From an uncultured delta proteobacterium (GTDB taxonomy: Bacteria > Myxococcota_A > Polyangia > Polyangiales > B10-G4), in contig CAVSGI010000021.1 of NCBI GenBank assembly GCA_963727445.1, forward strand, positions 544,001 to 608,000: a stretch of DNA of 64,000 bases, in the 5' to 3' direction. Of the stretch, positions 59,331-64,000 are shown piece after piece; the first letter of the stretch is position 1; the number at the start of each line of letters is the position of its first letter. The notes beneath the pieces are model-generated. The model did not search any database, was not told the DNA's origin, and saw only the letters and a list, made by a program, of their open reading frames with translations. The translations under genes were made by a program, and so were the position numbers.

Positions 59331-62033
59331 GTGCGGCTCAGTTTGCTTTCCTTTCTGCTGCTCGCTTCCGCGTGCAGCCGCGGGATGTCCGTCCCGGAGG
59401 ATTCGAGCGTCGGCTTCCCCGATGGGACGACGATGTCGGACGTGGGGGCGGACGGGCGCGTGGACACAGGCTTCGTGCGTCCCGACGCCATGCCGCCGAT
59501 GGACTCTTCCCTCCCGGACGGCGGGCCCGGTCGCGATTGCGTCCCGGAGGTCTGCGACAACGAGGTCGACGACGACTGCGACATGCATGTCGACGAGGCG
59601 TGTCCCTGCGTCCCGGGCGAGGTGAGCGCGTGCTTCTCCGGTGTGCCGAGCGGTCGCGGCGTGGGCGTCTGTCAGGACGGGATGATGGTCTGCACCGGGA
59701 GCTTCGAGTTCGGGACCTACGGGCCCTGCGAAGGGGACGTGGTGGACTCGATGGAGATCTGCGACGTCGAAGGGCTCGACGAGGACTGTGACGGAGCGAT
59801 CAACGAGGACTGCGAGTGCTTCGACGGCGACCCTCCGCTGCCCTGCGGGAGCGACGAGGGCGAGTGCGTCGCGGGGATGCAGCGCTGCGTCGACGGGCGC
59901 CGCACGGCATGCGAAGGGGCGGTCGCGCCGGCGGTGGAGAGCTGCAACGCCCGCGACGACGACTGCGACGGATCGGTCGACGAGGGGCTGACGCGGCGCT
60001 GCGGCATGGACGTGGGGGAGTGTCGGGCGGGCCTGGCCACCTGTGTGGACGGGGCGTGGGCCGCTTGCGCTGGTGAGGTGGGGCCTGCGGACGAGGACTG
60101 CAACGGGCGCGACGACGACTGCGACGGCGCCACCGACGAGCTGCCGCCGCGCGCTTGTGGCAGCGACATCGGCGCTTGTAGCGCGGGGAGTCAGGTGTGT
60201 TCCTCCGGCAGCTGGGAGATGTGCACCGGCGCCGTCGCCCCGATGATGGAGTCGTGCAACGGCGCCGACGACGACTGTGACGGCACGGTGGACGACGGAC
60301 TCACCCGCAGCTGTGGCACCACCGACGTCGGCGCGTGCGCCTTCGGAACCGAGTCCTGCGTCGGCGGCGCCTACGGCGCGTGCATGGGCGCCATCGCGCC
60401 CGGAACGGAGCTCTGCGAGGGCAGCGTCGACGAGGACTGCGACGGCACGGTGGACGAGGGATGCGGTTGCGTCAGCGGCACGACGCGGGCCTGCGGCAGC
60501 GCGGTCGGGGCGTGCATGGAAGGCAGCCAGCTCTGCACCGCGGGCGCGTGGGGCACGTGCACCGGCGAGACCGGCCCGTCGATGGAGCTCTGCGACGGGA
60601 CCGTGGACCAGGATTGCGACGGCGCCGTCGACGAGGGCTGCGCATGCATCGATGGCGCGACGCGCACCTGCGGGAGCGACGTCGGCGCGTGCGCCTTCGG
60701 GATGGAGACCTGCGACCTGAGCGGCAGCTGGGGCGCGTGTGCGGGCGGCACCGGGCCATCGACCGAGGTGTGCAACGGCGTGGACGACGACTGTGACGGG
60801 ACGCCGGACGAGGGCGGCGTCTGCCTTCCGCCCACCGCGACCTGTCCCGCCAGCCAGAGCACCACCGTCGGCTCTGCCGTGACGCTCGGCGGCGGCGGGA
60901 TGGATCCGGACGGCGGCGCGGTGAGCTACGCGTGGACCGTGGTGACGGCGCCGGTGGGCTCGACGGCGGCGCCCAGCCCCGCGGACGCCGCCACAACCAC
61001 CTTCGATCCCGACGCCGCGGGCAGCTACACCCTGCGGCTCTGCGTCACCGACGACGAAGGGGTCACCTCCTGCTGCACGGCGATGGTGACCGCCACGAGC
61101 GCCTGCTCACCCCCGACCGCGCCGGTCCTCACCACCTGCCCGACCAGCTGGGATCGGCGCCCAGTGGTGCAGTTCGACCCGCTCCCATCGGGCATGACCT
61201 ACACGCTTTACGCAGATGGCTCGCCCTACGCCACGATCTCCACGGCGGGTCAGAACTATCATCGCCCCCCGAGCGATCTCGGGGCGGGCGCTCCGCCGCC
61301 CGGCGCCGCCACCACGATCTACGCGCGCGCCTGTCTCACGGCGGACCCGACCTGCTGCGCGACCAGCGCCACAGTCACGACGTCACTGGTCGAGTCCTGC
61401 ACCACGCCCGTCGCGCCCACGCCGAGCAACCTCATCTTCAGCGAGTACGTGATCAACGGTGATGGGAGGTGCCCGGGGCCGAACTGCGAGGCGGGGGAGG
61501 CCTTCGAGATCACGAATCTGTCGCACTGCCCGGTCGCGCTGAACGGGCATCACTTCTCCTACTGCAACGCGTCCTGCACGACCTTCCGGTGGATGGACTT
61601 CGGCCCGTCGGACATCGTTCCTCCGCGCGGCGTCTACGTGGCCATCCGGAACATCAGCGGCTCGTCGTGCAGTTATCCCTTCCTCGGCGCCGACGACCCG
61701 GGCCTCTTCGGCCTCAAGACCTCGAGCCTGGTGATGATGAGCACCGCCGGCGACACCAGCGGGTGGTTCGTGAACTCCGGCGGCAGCTCCACCACCCTGC
61801 GCATCGCCACCGGCCCCTTCGTCGACATGACCACCGGCACCACCATCGACATCATCTCTCCCTACTCCGGCGCCGCCGGAGAATGCCAGTCCATCGGCTT
61901 CGACGCCTACGGCGCCTGCGGCAGTGTGAGCCCGGTGGCCACACCGACCGACGTCCTCGATCCCAATCAGCTCGGCCGCCTCTGGGAGCCCTGCGATACG
62001 CTGACGTCGCCCGTGCCGGCCAGTTGCATGTAG
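59331..62033 (+). CDS. Large Cys-rich lipoprotein: tandem E.CNG.DDDCDG.VDE repeats, PKD/REJ-like domain, lamin-tail-like domain
   Basis: About eight DDDCDGxxDE-type repeats; DPDGGAVSYAWTV..GSYTLRLCVTD; LIFSEY..EAFEITN. Confidence 0.85.
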   Translation: MRLSLLSFLLLASACSRGMSVPEDSSVGFPDGTTMSDVGADGRVDTGFVRPDAMPPMDSSLPDGGPGRDCVPEVCDNEVDDDCDMHVDEACPCVPGEVSACFSGVPSGRGVGVCQDGMMVCTGSFEFGTYGPCEGDVVDSMEICDVEGLDEDCDGAINEDCECFDGDPPLPCGSDEGECVAGMQRCVDGRRTACEGAVAPAVESCNARDDDCDGSVDEGLTRRCGMDVGECRAGLATCVDGAWAACAGEVGPADEDCNGRDDDCDGATDELPPRACGSDIGACSAGSQVCSSGSWEMCTGAVAPMMESCNGADDDCDGTVDDGLTRSCGTTDVGACAFGTESCVGGAYGACMGAIAPGTELCEGSVDEDCDGTVDEGCGCVSGTTRACGSAVGACMEGSQLCTAGAWGTCTGETGPSMELCDGTVDQDCDGAVDEGCACIDGATRTCGSDVGACAFGMETCDLSGSWGACAGGTGPSTEVCNGVDDDCDGTPDEGGVCLPPTATCPASQSTTVGSAVTLGGGGMDPDGGAVSYAWTVVTAPVGSTAAPSPADAATTTFDPDAAGSYTLRLCVTDDEGVTSCCTAMVTATSACSPPTAPVLTTCPTSWDRRPVVQFDPLPSGMTYTLYADGSPYATISTAGQNYHRPPSDLGAGAPPPGAATTIYARACLTADPTCCATSATVTTSLVESCTTPVAPTPSNLIFSEYVINGDGRCPGPNCEAGEAFEITNLSHCPVALNGHHFSYCNASCTTFRWMDFGPSDIVPPRGVYVAIRNISGSSCSYPFLGADDPGLFGLKTSSLVMMSTAGDTSGWFVNSGGSSTTLRIATGPFVDMTTGTTIDIISPYSGAAGECQSIGFDAYGACGSVSPVATPTDVLDPNQLGRLWEPCDTLTSPVPASCM

Positions 62034-62060
62034 GCTGAACGGGCTCGACGCCCCGACCTC

Positions 62061-62474
62061 ATGCGCACTTCCCTCCTGATCGCCGTGCTCTTCCTGGCGG
62101 CTTGCTCCGACGACATGATGTCGGCCGACAGCGGGCCGATGAGGGATGCCGAGATCGTCAACGGCTGCCCGGTGCTCGATTCTCCGCAGGCGAGCCCCGG
62201 CGATCCGATCGACGGCGACACCTTCGACAGCTTCGCCAGCGGCTTCTTCGCGACCTATTGCACCCGCTGCCACTCGACGACGCTCACGGGCGCGATCGAC
62301 CGAAACGGCGCGCCCGACGGGCGCGACTGGGACGACGAGGCGAGCGTGCACATGTACCTGCCCCTGATCCGACAGTGGGTCGGCGAGGTCAACGGCATGC
62401 CCATCGGCGATCCCCAGCCGAGCTGCGACGAGCGGCGGCGCCTCGTGCGGTGGATCGACGCGGACGCGCCCTGA
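62061..62474 (+). CDS. Monoheme c-type cytochrome lipoprotein
   Basis: Lipobox LAAC, CTRCH heme motif, distal GMP, C-terminal LVRWI. Confidence 0.82.
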   Translation: MRTSLLIAVLFLAACSDDMMSADSGPMRDAEIVNGCPVLDSPQASPGDPIDGDTFDSFASGFFATYCTRCHSTTLTGAIDRNGAPDGRDWDDEASVHMYLPLIRQWVGEVNGMPIGDPQPSCDERRRLVRWIDADAP

Positions 62475-62478
62475 GCGA

Positions 62479-63655
62479 TCAGAGGCGCGTGGCGGTGACC
62501 GGGTAGGACTGGTCCGCGCAGTCGTAGCAGTCGCCGAGGCTCATGGGCGTGAAGTCGGCGGTGAAGCTGCCCATCCACTGGTCGTCGGCGGTGAACATGC
62601 CGCTGAGGGAGTAGGTCTCGTCGCAGGCGCCGGTGAGGGTGCAGGAGGCCGTGAAGGAGCGCGTGGCCGCGGTGTACGTTCCCATCATCGCGCAGGGCGC
62701 ACCGGAGACCGTGATCGACGACCCGCTCACAGCGATGGTGAAGGTGGTGATGGTGTAGTCCACCAGGTAGACCAGGCCGAGGTACGAGGCGCACATGTAG
62801 TCCGGTGGGGTGCTCGTTCCGTAGTCCCCGTTCGGATTGAACGCCCGGCACATGGAGACGTCGTAGGTGCAGAGGCTCGTACACCCGAGCGTCCCCGATG
62901 TCCCCGACATCACGGAGCCGCAGGTCGCTCCGCCATAATCGGGATCGTCGCACTGCTCTGATCCGTCGATCGTCCCGTTGCCGCAGAGCGTGCAGGTCGA
63001 GGTGTCGTAGCCGCTGCAGTCGCTGCGGCAGGTCGCCATCCCGGAGGAAAAGCCCATCCCGAGGCTCGCACAGTCCGCCGTCGAGCCCGCACAGCAGCTC
63101 CCGACGCCGTCGTCACACGCGCCGTTGCAGTCGTCGTCGACGCCGTTGCAGAGCTCGGTGGGCGGGACGCAGGCGCCGTAGGTGCAGGTGCCGCCGCAGG
63201 TCTGTGTTCCGGTGGAGCCGCAGCTCGTGGGGCAGCTCCGGATTTCGCCGGAGCTGCACTCGGTCCCCTCGTCGACGCGGCCGTCGCAGTCGTCGTCCAT
63301 GCCCGTGCAGCCCTCCGGCGGCGCAGTATTCGCGGTCTCGGCAGCGGTCGAGGGTGCAGGGGACGCCATCGGCGCACTCGATGTCCTCGGTGCAAGGCTC
63401 CGGCGCGGTGCGGCAGCCGAAGGCGGTGTCGCAGCTCAGCCCTTCGGGGCAGCAATCGGTGCAGGGCTCGTGGCTGCACGCGCCCGTGTCGCAGTGGTCG
63501 ATGGTGCAGGCGATGGTGTCGTTGCAGTCGAGGTCGGTCGCGCACTCGTCCCCCGGGGTGCCGTCGAAGCCCGGCGTCCCGGTGTCCTCCGTGGGGTCGC
63601 CGCGGGTGCCGCACGCAGCCAGAACGAGCATCGCGGCGAGGCAGAGACGGCGCAT
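62479..63655 (-). CDS. Cys-rich repeat lipoprotein (frameshift near 63320)
   Basis: ORF 63113-63655 (lipobox, C.D...CT.D.C) joins ORF 62479-63369 (DDDCDG, CGNGTIDGSEQCD). Confidence 0.75.
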
Positions 63656-63799
63656 CGAACGATTCTATACTTCTTCTGTCCCATTCCGGCGGCGGCTCGG
63701 CACCCATCTCTCATGGCCGTTCTGTACGCTGGGCTCCTACATCCGGTCGGGTTAGCCTCCGCAAACGCGGAGGTCGCCCGTCGTGCTCCGCGCGCCCGC

Positions 63800-64000
63800 A
63801 TGGATGGAGCCACGTCTCAGAGTCGCGAGGATGAGCTGGTCGCGCTGGTGCCAGCGGTGCGCCGCTGGCTCTACCGCCTCCTCGGTCCGGGGCCCGACTT
63901 CGACGACGCGGTGCAGGAGGCGCTCCTCGAGGTCGCCCGCGCGCTGCCCCGCTTCGAAGGACGCAGCAAGCTGAGCACCTACGCGCACCCCATCGTGATG
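63800..64000 (+). CDS. ECF sigma-70 factor, 3'-truncated by the window edge
   Basis: Reads MDGATSQSREDELVALVPAVRRWLYRLLGPGPDFDDAVQEALLEVARALPRFEGRSKLSTYA, matching region 2 (D.VQE..F.GRS..ST). Confidence 0.85.
   Translation, partial: MDGATSQSREDELVALVPAVRRWLYRLLGPGPDFDDAVQEALLEVARALPRFEGRSKLSTYAHPIVM

Overview
GC-rich bacterial DNA that looks like a myxobacterium (Myxococcota, probably Polyangia/Sandaracinaceae-like). This is an inference from the many Cys-rich acidic lipoproteins, the Ser/Thr kinases, an FHA-sigma54 activator and a roadblock protein. The window mixes housekeeping genes (glmU, ccsA-hemA-hemC, trxA, rpsO-pnp-dut, rseP, a PPIase, acyl-CoA dehydrogenase plus thiolase, an OPT transporter) with accessory secreted proteins. 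The most interesting signals are: (1) a complete IS5-family element (about 1868-3058) whose 3' end carries a roughly 240-nt, almost fully base-paired multibranch structure; (2) two intergenic tandem arrays of hairpin-rich units (6 x 107 bp and about 4.4 x 130 bp) sharing a GAGCGAAGCG motif; (3) a membrane-anchored pseudokinase with four GTQx[ILV] motifs resembling FHA-docking sites; (4) a lipoprotein ending in a Hint (intein-like) domain; (5) a PNPase with a roughly 150-aa Arg/Asp/Gly tail; (6) orphan T6SS-related genes. Many genes are broken by single-base indels, densest at about 18.1-20.3 kb and 47.4-48.7 kb; these are most likely assembly errors. I could not support any tRNA, rRNA or CRISPR array. 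All calls are by eye, with no database searches.
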